Shown here: positions 38,735 through 50,940 of the stretch, one piece after another
How the letters are laid out: each line of letters begins with the position of its first letter
Numbering within the stretch: position 1 is the stretch's first letter
Source of the DNA: Felis catus
Taxonomy: Eukaryota
Assembly (NCBI RefSeq): GCF_018350175.1
Contig: NC_058368.1
Span: forward strand, 39,868,001 to 39,932,000
DNA: 64,000 nucleotides
Reading direction: 5' to 3'
Translations under genes and position numbers: made by a program
Notes under the pieces: model-generated
Databases searched by the model: none
Told to the model about the DNA's origin: nothing
Seen by the model: the letters and a program-made list of their open reading frames with translations, nothing else

Positions 38735-38955
38735 TTATTTTAGCTGCATCCTATATATTCAGAAGGTAGATGAAAGACTGAACATGTTAAGTAGAGAAAC
38801 AAAATATAAAAAGCCCCAATTCAAACACATAAAGATAAATATAATGAGATGGAAATGAATGGGATTAACACTTTAGATACTGCAGATGAGAACTAGTGCA
38901 TTTGTAGACACAGAACATAAACTCTCCAAAATGAAAGAGAGAAAAATGACACAAA
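38735..38955 (+). mobile_element. Ancient L1 ORF1-like remnant (outer element, right part)
   Basis: tatattcagaaggtagatgaaagactgaacatgttaagtagag...atgggattaac...tagatactgcaga appears to continue from 34085. Confidence 0.55.
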
Positions 38956-39710
38956 ACCATCACATGTCCCTTCCATCTAATGAAGTAGAATTTAAGAAAA
39001 ATTCACTGCATATGAAAAGCATAGTTAGAAAAGCTTTCTATATCTTAACACTTTATTTCCTTTTACTGTCTCATTATTTCATTTGGCTTGTTAAATTTGT
39101 GCTCCTCTTTAAGCTCCACTCCCTATGCCCTCGCTTTTGTGAAAACTCTCTGATCCTCCAGCCCCACCCTTAATATTCCTCCTGTGAGAATCTTGTCTCT
39201 TTCTAGGTCCTTCTCTAAATATATACTCTAGTTAGTAATATGTGTAATTTTTTACATCTCCTTAAATAAATTTCCTATTTGTTGAGAGTCAAATTTTGTC
39301 TTATTTAATCATATCACACAAGGTTTGTTTGAACAGACCTTGAACAAGTTACGGATTTGAACAAGTCATAAATCTCTCTTTCTTTTTTTTAAAGCAGTAT
39401 TACCATGGGTTGATGCACTCTAAGTGTTTTTACACTCTGACCATTTAGGGATGAGAGGTACCCAGCTTGTCCTATGTGGTTGCTTAAATTTTGACCATAG
39501 TGTGACAAAAATGTTACGAAGAATTAAATATACATCTTTTCATGTTGTAATTTTAATAATTTTACACAAAAATACGTAAAACAAAAATATAACATGGAAA
39601 TCTGACATAACAGTCAAATTTCTAAATAATTCTTTTCTATCTTATGACAGGTGAGACTAAAAGATTTTATTCTAGTCCAGATTTCCTCCATCTGTGCTTA
39701 TCCTTTCTTC

Positions 39711-39943
39711 TTTTTTTTCAATTTTTTTAATGTTTATTTATTTTTGAGACAGAGAGAGAGCAAGAGCAGGGGAGGGGCAGAGAGAGAGGGGGGCAGAGAG
39801 AGAGGGAGACACAGAATCCGAAGCAGGGTCCAGGCTCTGAGCTGTCAGCACAGAGCCTGATGCGGGGCTCGAACTCACAGACTGTGAGATCATGACCTGA
39901 GCTGAAGTTGTACGCTTAACCAACTAAGCCACCCAGGTGCCCC
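39711..39943 (-). mobile_element. CAN-SINE with an internal ~16-bp duplication
   Basis: TSD cttat(c/a)ctttcttct; ggggcagagagagagg occurs twice in tandem. Confidence 0.96.
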
Positions 39944-40787
39944 ACTTATACTTTCTTCTATGGCCACTCTTCCATTCTCCAATTCTGTGAACTGAAGATA
40001 TAATATTTTGGTATCAACTTTCTTGGTATAATTGGTACACAGAATTAAAATGTTATTTGCATATCTTGGAGATTCCCTTTAAGTTCAGAGTCTTTAAAAA
40101 CCTGATTAGTAAGGATGTCATTGTCCCCCTGAATATCCACTGCAACATGCTGTCTACTTGCTTTATTCATCAACAAAGTAATCTACCTATGTTGTTGAAT
40201 GTTGCTATCCCATTTCACAAATTCAACAGTATTCTTTGGAGAGAGTTTCCTATGTGACAGGCCCATTTTGCCCTTTCTGATCTGAATCAGTGAGGAAAGT
40301 TTTATTCTCTCACTTTAGATGCAATGAAAAAGTTCATATAGCTCTGACTTGGAATTAATTCCTCTACTTAGAGTTTATATAATTGTTGGAAAGGAGGAAG
40401 CAAGTATAATTATGTATCTTTTCAAACTCACAATTATGCATGGTAGAGGTAACACTTCTAAAAATAAGTTGAAAAACATTAAAACATGAATTGCATTTCG
40501 AAAACAATTACCTTCAAATAACACACTACCAAGTTTCTGCAAAGCCAGTCAAAACATGAGCGTTTTGGTGAGGAACAGGTAACGATGGCTTTACAGTGGT
40601 TAACCATTTTAGAATTTTTAGGAGAGATTTATGTGAAAACAGAAATGGGAAGGGTCTGGAACATCGGGAACAAAGAAACTTTTACATGGAACAGGTCACT
40701 TTAATATTGTGACATCTCATATGCTATGATTTATTTAGTTTAGATGGATAGATACTTAGAATCTACAATCTACACCACTGTCTGTTG

Positions 40788-41009
40788 TTTTTTTAATGTT
40801 TATTTATTTTTAAGAGAGAGAGAGAGAGGGAGAGAGACAGAGCGTGAACAGGGTAGGAACAGAGAGATAGGGAGACACAGAATCTGAAGCAGGCTCCAGG
40901 CTCCGAGTTATCAGCAAAGAGCCTGAGGTGAGGCTCGAACTCACAAACTGTGAGATCATGACCTGAGCCGAAGTCAGATGCTTAACTGACAGAGCCACCC
41001 AGGCACCCC
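40788..41009 (-). mobile_element. CAN-SINE
   Basis: TSD acca(c/t)tgtctgttg at 40774 and 41010. Confidence 0.96.
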
Positions 41010-41599
41010 ACCATTGTCTGTTGCTTAAAAAAAAAAAGGCAGAATCTTATCAGGGTTGTAAACCACATAGGATTTTTTGTTATTTGCTTACTTAGGTTTT
41101 GTAAACCCCTTGATTTGAAAGCTTGGAAAATATCATTTTTGTGCAACGCCTGCAAAAATGCCCATTGTCATTTATAATCTTATAACTGACTTTTTTCTAT
41201 GCATTATGTAGTGCCACAAGCTGGATTTGGGGAAAAAATTGTTATTTTTTTTCCTCAAACACAGAGGTCTTATTTACATAAACTCTCATAATGATTTGAC
41301 GATAATTTATATTGTATACCAGTAATAATCCAATATTAATATAGCTCTTTATTGTTGCTTGCGTTCTTTTGACTTATGTTAAAATAAATAGCTGGAACTA
41401 GATTATTAAGCATATTTATCTTATATCTAAGCATTTAGTGCAGTAGTCATTTAATGACTGAGATCTAAGGTAGATAACATTTTGGGAAAAACGTATTTTC
41501 TCAACAAGAAACATATCAATGAACTTAGTATGTGTTCTTTAATATCACAGGGTTTGGAAGGTGTGGATCTGTACTAATATGTTTTTTAAAAAATCATTT

Positions 41600-41815
41600 T
41601 TTAAAATTTTTTTAACGTTTTTATTTATTTTTGAGACAGGGAGAGACAGAGCATGAACAGGGGAGGGTCAGAGAGAGGGAGACACAGAATCTGAAATAGG
41701 CTCCAGGCTCTGAACTGTCAGCACAGAGCCCGACACGGGGCTTGAACTCACGGACCACGAGATCATGACCTGAGCTGAAGTCAGCGGCTTAACTGACTGA
41801 GCCACCCAGGCGCCC
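41600..41815 (-). mobile_element. CAN-SINE
   Basis: TSD taaaaaatcattt at 41587 and 41816. Confidence 0.96.
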
Positions 41816-41865
41816 TAAAAAATCATTTCTTTATCCTGACACAGCCCTCTTAACAGAAAAGTGTA

Positions 41866-42339
41866 TGTTAGGGTTGCAATATATCCCCCCAAAGATACGT
41901 TGAAGTCCTGATCCACAGTATCTCAAAACATGACCTTATCTGGCGATAAAGTTCATGCAGATGTAAATAGTTTAGATGAGTACTTAACTGACTATAGCAC
42001 TGCGGTAGGGCAGCTCTGAAACCAGTATGGCCGGTGTCCTTATAAGAAGACTGTGAGAAGATACACGGATGAACTATATGTGAAGACGGAGGTTGAGATT
42101 ATAGTCACATAGCTGTGAACCAAGGAATGTCAAGGATTTATTGCTACCAGCAGAAGCAAGGAAAAAGCAAGGAAGGCTCTTTTCTACCCAAGAGTCTCAG
42201 AGACAGCATGGCCCTGCTGATCCCTTAAATCCAGACTTTAAGCCTCCAGAGACAATAAATGTCTGTGAGATGATATGTCTGCTGTGTAAAGTCACCCAGT
42301 CTGTGATACTTTCTACAATCGTCATAGGAAACAAATACA
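41866..42339 (+). mobile_element. MaLR solo LTR (MLT1C-like)
   Basis: TG...CA termini; ccccaaagatacgttgaagtcct, ggtgtccttataagaaga, ccaaggaatgtcaagga, cataggaaacaaataca. Confidence 0.9.
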
Positions 42340-42623
42340 GATTTTTAAATTTCCCAGCATTTGCAAGAAAATATACATGTACATGAAGAAATGTTTGATA
42401 TATTTGTTATGTATTTGCTTGGAGAGGAGACATACACTTATGTGTCTATGTGTATATTTATGTGTGAATATAGATATATCTTCTCTATAGTACTTCTCTA
42501 AGTACTACACAACAGATATATCAAATACACTTTCTTGCGAATATACATACACATATATATGTGAGATTATTTATATGTGTATGTCTGCATATATGTAGAT
42601 ACATATGTATATATAAAAACGTA

Positions 42624-42730
42624 TACCTAAATCTTACTGACTCAGAATCTATTGGGTTGGAGCCCAGGAATTAGTATTTTTAGTGAAGTGTTCCAGATGA
42701 TTCTAATGCACAAATGTTTGAGAACAATCG
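42624..42730. mobile_element. MER5A-like hAT-Charlie fragment
   Basis: tactgactcagaatct...ggagcccaggaatt.gtattttt...ccagatgattctaatgcac...gtttgagaac. Confidence 0.75.
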
Positions 42731-43284
42731 TTTCATGCCATGCTGACCTACTACAAATATTACTAATGTGTCTAATATTATTATTCCTACAAAAATATTT
42801 CCCAAGATACTGCCGTGAGTTGCTTAATTAGCTGTTCTATACTGAAACATTCAGTGGTCAAAAAAGCATAGACAATTTTGCTTAATATATCCCCTCCTTG
42901 GACATTTATAATATATATCAGCAATAATGTGGAAGGATAAAATTACGTATAATAATTAAGATTTTCTCATCTCTGCATTTTCCTTGTTTCACAGACCCGC
43001 TTACCATTGAGTTAAAAACCATTATTGCTACAGAGAGCATTTTCTCTTGATGAGGGAATGGGAAGGGTCACCAAAAGAATCCAGAGAGATTAAAAAAAAA
43101 GTTTAATTTTAACAATTAAATAGACTGGAAAACAAAGTTCTCTCAATTTGCAGGAGTTTGTTTTTGTTTTGATTTCCAGCGCAAAAGCAAAAAATAAAAC
43201 ATGGAGTTGGGGCAATGTGTGAATATGTAAGTGCCAATTTCCCCTCTGAAGTTTACCAACTGGAGAATAAAATACTTGGGAAAA

Positions 43285-43474
43285 ACTACACATCCATTAC
43301 AATGAGTAAATTAGAAAAATTATTGATAATGACATGTGATGGAGAGGATGCAGATAAGCTGTTTACCTCATAAACTGCTGGTGGAAATGTAAAATGGTAC
43401 AATCCTTCTGAAAAATCACTCAGCATTTTCAAATAAATTTAAATATATACCTATCATTTTTTAATGTTTATTTA

Positions 43475-43505
<31 letters not shown>

Positions 43506-44427
43506 TATCAGCAGGGGAGGGGAAGAGAGAGGAAGAGAGAGAATCCCAAGCAGGTTCCATGCTGACCATGAGCATGGAGCTCAATCTCATGACCATGAGA
43601 TCACGACCTGAGCCAAAATCAAGAGTCAGAGGCTTAACTGACTAAGCCACCCAGGTACCCCAAATATATACCTATCTTATGACCAAAATCCCACTTCTGG
43701 TAATTTATCCTAGAAAAATTAAAATTTATGTTCTCACAACTGTCCATAATAATTCTATTTGTAATAACAATGATGGAAAAACTAAATAACCATCCTTCAA
43801 AAGTGAATGGTTAAATAAATATGGTGTATTCAGGCCATTGAAAACTACTTATCATAAAGAGATGTAAAATATTGACTGATCCACACAACGTGGATGGATT
43901 TCAAAAATATTGAAAATAGAGGCAACGAAAAAGAGGCAATCTTAAAAGATTTGGAAGTATGATTCCATTTATATAACAGTCTTAAAACTGACAAAATTCG
44001 AGAGCTGGAAAACAGATTAAGGTTTCCAGTATTTAATGTTAGGGGAAAAGTGGTTACTACTATTAATAGGTAGCATGAAGAAGATTTTTTGTGGTGATAA
44101 ATAGTTCTGTATATCGATTATCTGTAGTGGTAGCCACACAAGTCTACACATAAGATCAAATTTTACAGAACAACACACACACATACAAATACACACGCAA
44201 ATACACACGCTGATAAATGCATGTAAAAACCAGAGAAATCTAAATAAAATCTGAAGACTAGCTGATAATATTGTACCAAATTAATGTCCCGATCATGATA
44301 TTTTACTATAGTTATATAAAATGTTACCATTGGGGTAATTTGGGTGAAGTATACACGGTTTGTCTCTGTACTATTTTTGCAGCTTCCAGTGAGTCCATAA
44401 TTTTTTCAAAATAGAAATTTTTAAAAA
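43285..44427 (+). mobile_element. Ancient L1 (L1MD/ME-like) 3' end interrupted by a SINE
   Basis: ctgctggtggaaatgtaaaatggtacaatc, tatgattccatttatataac, ctctgtactatttttgcagcttcc. Confidence 0.85.
43456..43661 (-). mobile_element. CAN-SINE, older subfamily
   Basis: Perfect TSD aaatatatacctatc at 43441 and 43662. Confidence 0.95.
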
Positions 44428-45417
44428 CGGTGGCAGACTGATTTGGCATGTAAGCCACCATTTGCTGATCCATGACTCAAGAGGTAGTAAATTCCTCAAT
44501 CATAGATTATATAATAAATGAAGAACTTAAGTCAAACTTACTAACTTCACAAGGTTTTGATGAAAGATCTATAAATTTAGATGTCATTTGAGTCTCTGAA
44601 AAGGTAGCTCATTCTGTCTGACTCACAGAATGTATAGTACCTACATTCTGTGTGTGTAGACATGATGAAAAGACGTGGGTAATTTTGGAATAATTTGAAA
44701 GCTGAGGGTGCCTAGGCCTTACTATCCAGAAATGTACCCCCCATCTAAGCTGGCAAAGAAGTTGTAAAGGACCAATGACTGACTACGTGGACGATGTACA
44801 TGGGTCTGAAAGCAGCCCTTACGGGTGCAGGAAATCAGAGAACTTTGCCTGGAAAACCATCTAAAACTTGCCCTTTCCCCGAGGCATGTGTTGGACCAAA
44901 TAAACTTGAATCCATGACAAGGTGAACCACAGATCTCTGTAGCTGAAATCACATAGGTAGAAGATTATATGCCTTATGGGAACTGGGTTATAGCATGGTC
45001 CCCCTCACACACAAACAGAAATTCAATGACTAAACACAAAAATAAATATGCCTTTGTTCACACTACTTTCCCAGTGCAAGTTGGCACAGGTTTCTGTTCA
45101 TTGTTGTTCCTGAGTTTCATGCTAACCAGGTTCTACTTTGAAATGTGATTCTACAGTCATCTCAACAGGATGAAGAGAATTCTGTAAGATCTTTCACAAG
45201 CAATGAAATAATCAGGCCACAAACTGACACACTTGGATTCCATTCATTTTCATTCACTAGGACTAATTAACCCCCCCCCCCAAATTCAATCTTGAAGTGG
45301 CAGTAATTTCATTTAATCTTTGGTGGTAGTAGTGGAAAAATAAATATGAATGAGAAAACTTCAAAAGTTGCAAAGTGCTGATCATGTAACAGACTGAGAT
45401 GAAATAAAAGTCCAAGG

Positions 45418-45448
45418 TGTGTATGTGTGTGTGTGTGTGTATGTGTAT

Positions 45449-45491
<43 letters not shown>

Positions 45492-45890
45492 GGAATATTA
45501 CTCAGCCATAAAAAAGAGAACAAAATCTTGCCATTTGCAACGACATGAATGGAGCTGGAGAGTATTATGCTAGGTGAAATAATTTGTCAGAGAAAGACAA
45601 ACACCATATGATTTCACTTATACATGGAATTTAAGAAACAAAACAGATGAACCTAGGGGATAAAAGAGAGAGGTAAACCATAAAACAGACTCTTAACTGT
45701 AGAGAACAAACTGAGGGTTGCTGAAGGAGAAGTATGTGGAGGATGAACTAAATGGGTGATGGGTAGTAAGGAGGGCACTTGTTGTGATGAGTATTGGGTG
45801 TTGTATCTAAGGGATGAATCACTAAATCCTACATGTGAAACTAATATTACATTGTATGCTAACTAACTGGAATTTAAATAAACACGGAAA
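45418..45890 (+). mobile_element. Carnivore L1 3' UTR insertion with 5' (TG)n/(CA)n microsatellite
   Basis: acaatggaatattactcagccataaaaaag...aaactaatattacattgtatgctaactaactggaatttaaataaa; TSD aaaagtcca(a/t)gg at 45406 and 45891. Confidence 0.93.
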
Positions 45891-45965
45891 AAAAGTCCAT
45901 GGATGGCTGAAAATATAAAGGATAAAATAGACTTTTGTCCCTTTGTTAAAGCTTTGTCAATAAAC

Positions 45966-46187
45966 GGGCACCTGGGTGGCTCAGTCGGTTAAGCGTCTGA
46001 CTTCAGCTCAGGTAATGATCTCACTATTCACGAGTTGGAGCCCCGAGTCGGGCTCTGCGCTGACAGCTCAGAGCCTGAAGCCTGTTCCTCATTCTGTGTC
46101 TCCCTCTCTCTCTGCCTCTCCCCCATTCTTGCTCTGTCTCTCTCTCTCTCAAAAATAAATTAAAACATTAAAAATTTTTTAAAAATA
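45966..46187 (+). mobile_element. CAN-SINE (first of a tandem pair)
   Basis: gggcacctgggtggctcagtcggttaagcg head, CT tract, tail. Confidence 0.95.
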
Positions 46188-46408
46188 GGGCACCTGGGTG
46201 GCCCAGTCGGTTAAACATCGACTTCGGCTCAGGTCATGATCTCACGGTTTGTGAGTTGGAGCCCTGTGTCAGGCCTTGTGCCTACAGGTTGGAGCCTGGA
46301 GCCTGCTTCGGATTCTGTGTCTCCCTCTCTCTCTGCCTCTCCCCTGCTCGCTCGCTCTCTATCTCTCAAAAATAAATAAACAGTAAAAAAAATTTTTAAT
46401 TAAAAAAT
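46188..46408 (+). mobile_element. CAN-SINE inserted in the tail of the preceding SINE
   Basis: Second head directly after ttaaaaata; ctttgtca(a/g)taa brackets both copies. Confidence 0.95.
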
Positions 46409-46950
46409 AGACTTTGTCAGTAATAAGGCACCCCATTTTCACAACTCCACATACCTGGGGGGTGGGGACAGATCTGAACTGATCAAATACTGATCAAAGT
46501 ACAATAATAAATTAAGTGTACTGAATATATACTATATATTCACTGAATAAAAGATTCAATTTTTCTGAGATGTCTGTCCATCCTCCCTAAATGTATGTGA
46601 ATTTAATGTAGTGCCAATCAAAATCCCAGCAGGCTGCGCATGTCCTAAATGTAGATTGTGATGATTTTTGCACAGCTCTGTTATTTACTGAAAAATCATC
46701 AAAGTGTTTGCTGAAACTTGGTGCCTTTTATGACTTACATAGGGAAGCTAATTACACTGATAGCACCCCTGTGAAAAATAACGTAGAAAACAAGCAGAAG
46801 TGGATCACCATTTTCAAAAACATTTAAGAAAAAAAAGATCAAACCAAAAATTTATTTGTCCTTCAAGTTTTAAGACTGCAGGAAAACAATTTTCAATGAG
46901 TCAGAAATTACTAAATACTATAAATGTGTGCCATCCCTGAGGAATCTATT

Positions 46951-47166
46951 AGAGCTGCACAGTCCAATAGGGTAAGATTAGCCACATGTGGCTATTTAAA
47001 TTTAAATTCAAATTAAATTAATTACAATTAGATTAACTAAAATTAAGTTCCTCAGACGTAGATACATTTTAAATGCTCAATACTCATGTGTGGCTAGTGG
47101 CTATCCTATGGGACAATGTAGTTACAGAACATTCCCAGCATTTTGAAAGTTCTGTTTCACTACTCT
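46951..47166. mobile_element. MER3-like hAT-Charlie element
   Basis: gtccaatag...tagccacatgtggctatttaaatttaaatt...aatgctcaata...catgtgtggctagtggcta...gaaagttctgtt. Confidence 0.8.
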
Positions 47167-47169
47167 TTA

Positions 47170-48400
47170 CAAGAGGATCAGCTTCATCTAATCAAATGTC
47201 CTAGTAAAATTTACAAAATTACTAACTGCAGGCATTTCATACACTCAATTGAAGAGCTAATATTAAAACAGGAATGAGACACAGCGTCATGAGTCAAAGA
47301 ATAAAACATAAACATATTTTTCTGAAAAATAGAAAACAAATCAACCACAAAAACAGAGAAAAAAAGGTATGTTATAATAAGATTATTGCCAGTTGTATAG
47401 GTAATAACTGGGAGAAAAAGTACACCATTTAAAACTGACAGTATAAGATTAAGTAATAAAAAAAGCAGATTACGGGCACTATAAAAATTTTTATAAAATA
47501 GTAACCACTAACATAAAATGCAAGTCTTCTTGAGTCCTGAAAGTTTTTTTGAAAAAGGAATAAAGACTAAGAAACACAAAAAGAGAAAGAATATAAATAA
47601 ATATACAATAACTAAAACATAGCCAATACAGAAATTAAAACATAAAACATGAAAGAATTGAGACCAAACATATCATTACAATAAATAATGGTATCAACCA
47701 GCTTAGCTGAAAAAAATTTAAAAATTTTTATATCAGCTCATAAAAGCCCCAAGACACATTGAAGGTATAAGACTTACGAACACCTCTGCACAAAATAACA
47801 TGAGAAAGATGCAAGGGACAAAAAGACAAATATGGGGCACCTGGGTGGCTCCATCAGTTAGCATCCAATTTCTGCTGTCATGATCTCAGGGCTCCTGAGT
47901 TCAAGCCCCACATCAGATCTTCTGTCCCCCCCCACCTCTTCCCCTCTCATGTGCTGTGCTTGCTCTCTCTCTCTCTCTCTCGCTCACTCTTAAAAATAAA
48001 TAAATAAATAAACATTAAAAAGAAGGATGAAAATGATAAAACACACTCATATAAAACAGGACAAGTGTAGAAAAAATAAAGACTAAAAATACAAACATTA
48101 CCGAAAGGAAGTTCTTTTGGGTATATACCAAAAACTATACACTAGCATAGAGAATACTTTCTAAACCACAATAGAACATTCACAAAATTCATCATATACT
48201 AAGGCACACGAAATGCCCAAGTAACTTTGATGCAGTAATACTAGAAATTTTTACTAAATCCAAAAGAAAAAAAATCTTAAAACAAAAAATACATCCACTC
48301 TCCTAACTTAAAAAACAGAAACATCAAGTTGTTAAAATCCAGACTTTCAAGTAGTTTCAAGCATAAAGCAATAATGATAAACATTATATATTAATAGGTT
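47170..48400 (+). mobile_element. Ancient, very decayed L1 remnant
   Basis: A-rich; gaattgagaccaaacatatcattacaataaat and agaacattcacaaaattcatcatatactaagg resemble the L1 ORF2 endonuclease region. Confidence 0.45.
47834..48020 (+). mobile_element. CAN-SINE, older and internally deleted
   Basis: ggggcacctgggtggctc...tcatgatctcagg...gagttcaagccccacatcag, CT tract, (taaa)n tail. Confidence 0.9.
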
Positions 48401-48986
48401 TATAAATACGGGCTTTTATAGCTTGCTTTTTTCTCAATCTCTGCTTGCAATTCATTCTAGAACCTTTGCTTTAGTTATTTCTTGTAAATTTTTTCTTATA
48501 AAAGTGATTTTCAAATCTATACACTAACTCAAACAAGCCATATTATATCCATACCATAGTTAAAAATCACTTTCTAAACAGTTCACTGAGTTGTTCCATA
48601 GGATTTCAAACAGTATTTTCAAACCAAACTTTGTATTCACCATTGTAACACGTTCCACCTTCTACCATATTTGTCCTGTCACTGTCCGTACAGATGCCCA
48701 AGATAAAACTTAGACCTTGCAGTCTGCCTTATCTCCCCTCATTCAAAGGAGGATATTTTCCTTTTATTCTCACCATTTTATTTCTCCTTCATTGTATCCT
48801 TTCCACTATTTTCTTCCCACTTTACCCTAAGCCAAGCCTTAATCATCTGTGACTATAGAAATTTTAGGACAACTGTCTCATGACCTCCTGTACTACAATC
48901 CTGTTCCCCTGACCTCCCTATTACTGCCTCAGTTAACTTTCTCGACAATCTGTAACTCTTACCCTGTCACTACATTATTTGAAATA

Positions 48987-49097
48987 CTGGTAACTAGACT
49001 TGTTTTGGTGATCATTTCCCACTATATACAAATACCAACCATTACTTTGTATGCTGAAACTAAAATAATGTTATATGTCAATTAAATCTCAATTAAA
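48987..49097 (+). mobile_element. L1 3' terminal fragment
   Basis: tggtaactagactt...ggtgatcattt...ctgaaactaaaataatgttatatgtcaatta. Confidence 0.8.
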
Positions 49098-50327
49098 TAG
49101 AATTCAAATGTCCTTTGGTTTATCCAGTTCACCAGGGCCTTTTACCCTTATATTCCTGATTCTCCTGGTTTTTCTATCTGCTTGATCCTTGTAGGCACTG
49201 TGCTTGCATGGTTTACATTATAAAATACAGGCTCTCTTGAACATTTTAAAGGCCTTTCATGCTCTGAATTTCTGTTTGTTTACCTAAGTTTGGCTACACC
49301 ATCTCTTTCTCTTCAGGTCACAACCCTTCTTCCCACTCTTCTCTGACACTGTTCTATAAGAACACTGAAGAGCCTGTGATCCTCTATAGATGCCATTTAT
49401 AATGTTACTTCTAAGCACACGCGATCTTTTCTGCCTGGAATTGCATCCTTCTCACCCACTTGGTTTGCTTATGAAATTCCCCTCACTAAGTATTTCTTTT
49501 CTAAAAGTGTCAGTTTTCAAAAATATTTGCTTGGCTTATACCCTTTCTAAAATATTCAAGGTGCAAAAATGTAATCATATAATCTTTACTCATATGCTCT
49601 AATTATTGTTATAAAAATGAGACACAGTGTTTAAAAGATTTTCCACTATAACTGAGAGAGAATGAACCAGATGTTACTTAACAAATATACAAAGTAACTG
49701 CTTCTTCTACTGGGACCACATTGACCTCACTTAGGTAATTACCTACAATGTGTCTATTGTCTAGACAAAACAAAATTCCATCTCAGTATGATTTGAAAAG
49801 GTTTAGTTTACATGATAATTATATCAAAAAATTTTAACATTCTCTTTCCTTCTCAAAATCTGATCTGTTTGCCTCAAATGTTATGTAAAAAAAGATACAG
49901 ATAGACATCTGTATGTTGACAGCTTTTAAATATAATATACCATTCAGTGATACTAAAATGTTCATCCAACAATGTAAAGGGTAACAGTGACATGTTAACT
50001 AAAATAAAACCTGTTTACAAATTATATTCTTGTATGAAAAAAATTCATTCCTCAGAGCTTGGCAGGGAATCAAAGTGACTATGGCCCAGGGTCCATTTAG
50101 TTCATGGAAAATCAACTCCTAAAGCCACAAGCTTTCAAGGCATATGCACGAACTCTGGGAATGGCTAATTTACTTTGGAACTAGGGAGTCAGATAAATAT
50201 ATATATATATTTATTAGCATGGTATTTAAAAGAAAGCATAGGAATTAGAGTCAGACTAAACTGAATTCGTCTCTAGATTCTAATTATTTATATACATCCT
50301 TGGCTAAATTACTTAGATCTCTGTCCG

Positions 50328-50805
50328 TTTTTTTTTATACTGAAGTGTAACTAACATAAAATATTAGGTTCAGACATACAACATACTGATTTGACAATTT
50401 TATACATTACTCAGTGCTCACCATGATAAATGTAGTCGCCACCTGTCACCAAACAACATTATTACAACATTATTGACTCTATTCCTTATGCTGTACTTTT
50501 CATCTCTGTGACTTACTTGTTTTATAACTGGAAGTTTATACCTCTTTATATACCTTTATATATTTCACTCATCACCCCACCCACGTCCCCTCTGGCAACC
50601 ACCAGTTTTTTCTTTGTATTTAAGAGTCTGTTTTTGTTTTGTTTAGTTTTTAGATTCCAAATATAAGTGAAATCCTATGGTATTTGGTATGAAATCCTAT
50701 GGTATTTGTCTTTCTCTAACTTATTTCACTTAGCATTATACCCCCTAGGTCCATTTATGTTGTTGCAAGTGGCATGATCTTGTTTTTTTATGGCTCAGTA
50801 ATATT

Positions 50806-50855
<50 letters not shown>

Positions 50856-50940
50856 TAGATTATATATAATCTCACATCTGTATCTATTCATCTATCAGTG
50901 GATATCTGGGTTGCTTCAATATCTTGGTTATTATAAATAA
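50328..50940 (-). mobile_element. Carnivore L1 3' end with (TA)n, apparently inserted into a MIR
   Basis: cccctctggcaaccaccagtt, tagattccaaatataagtgaaatc, tggctcagtaatattcca; MIR-like flanks at 50215-50325 and 50945-51000. Confidence 0.92.
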
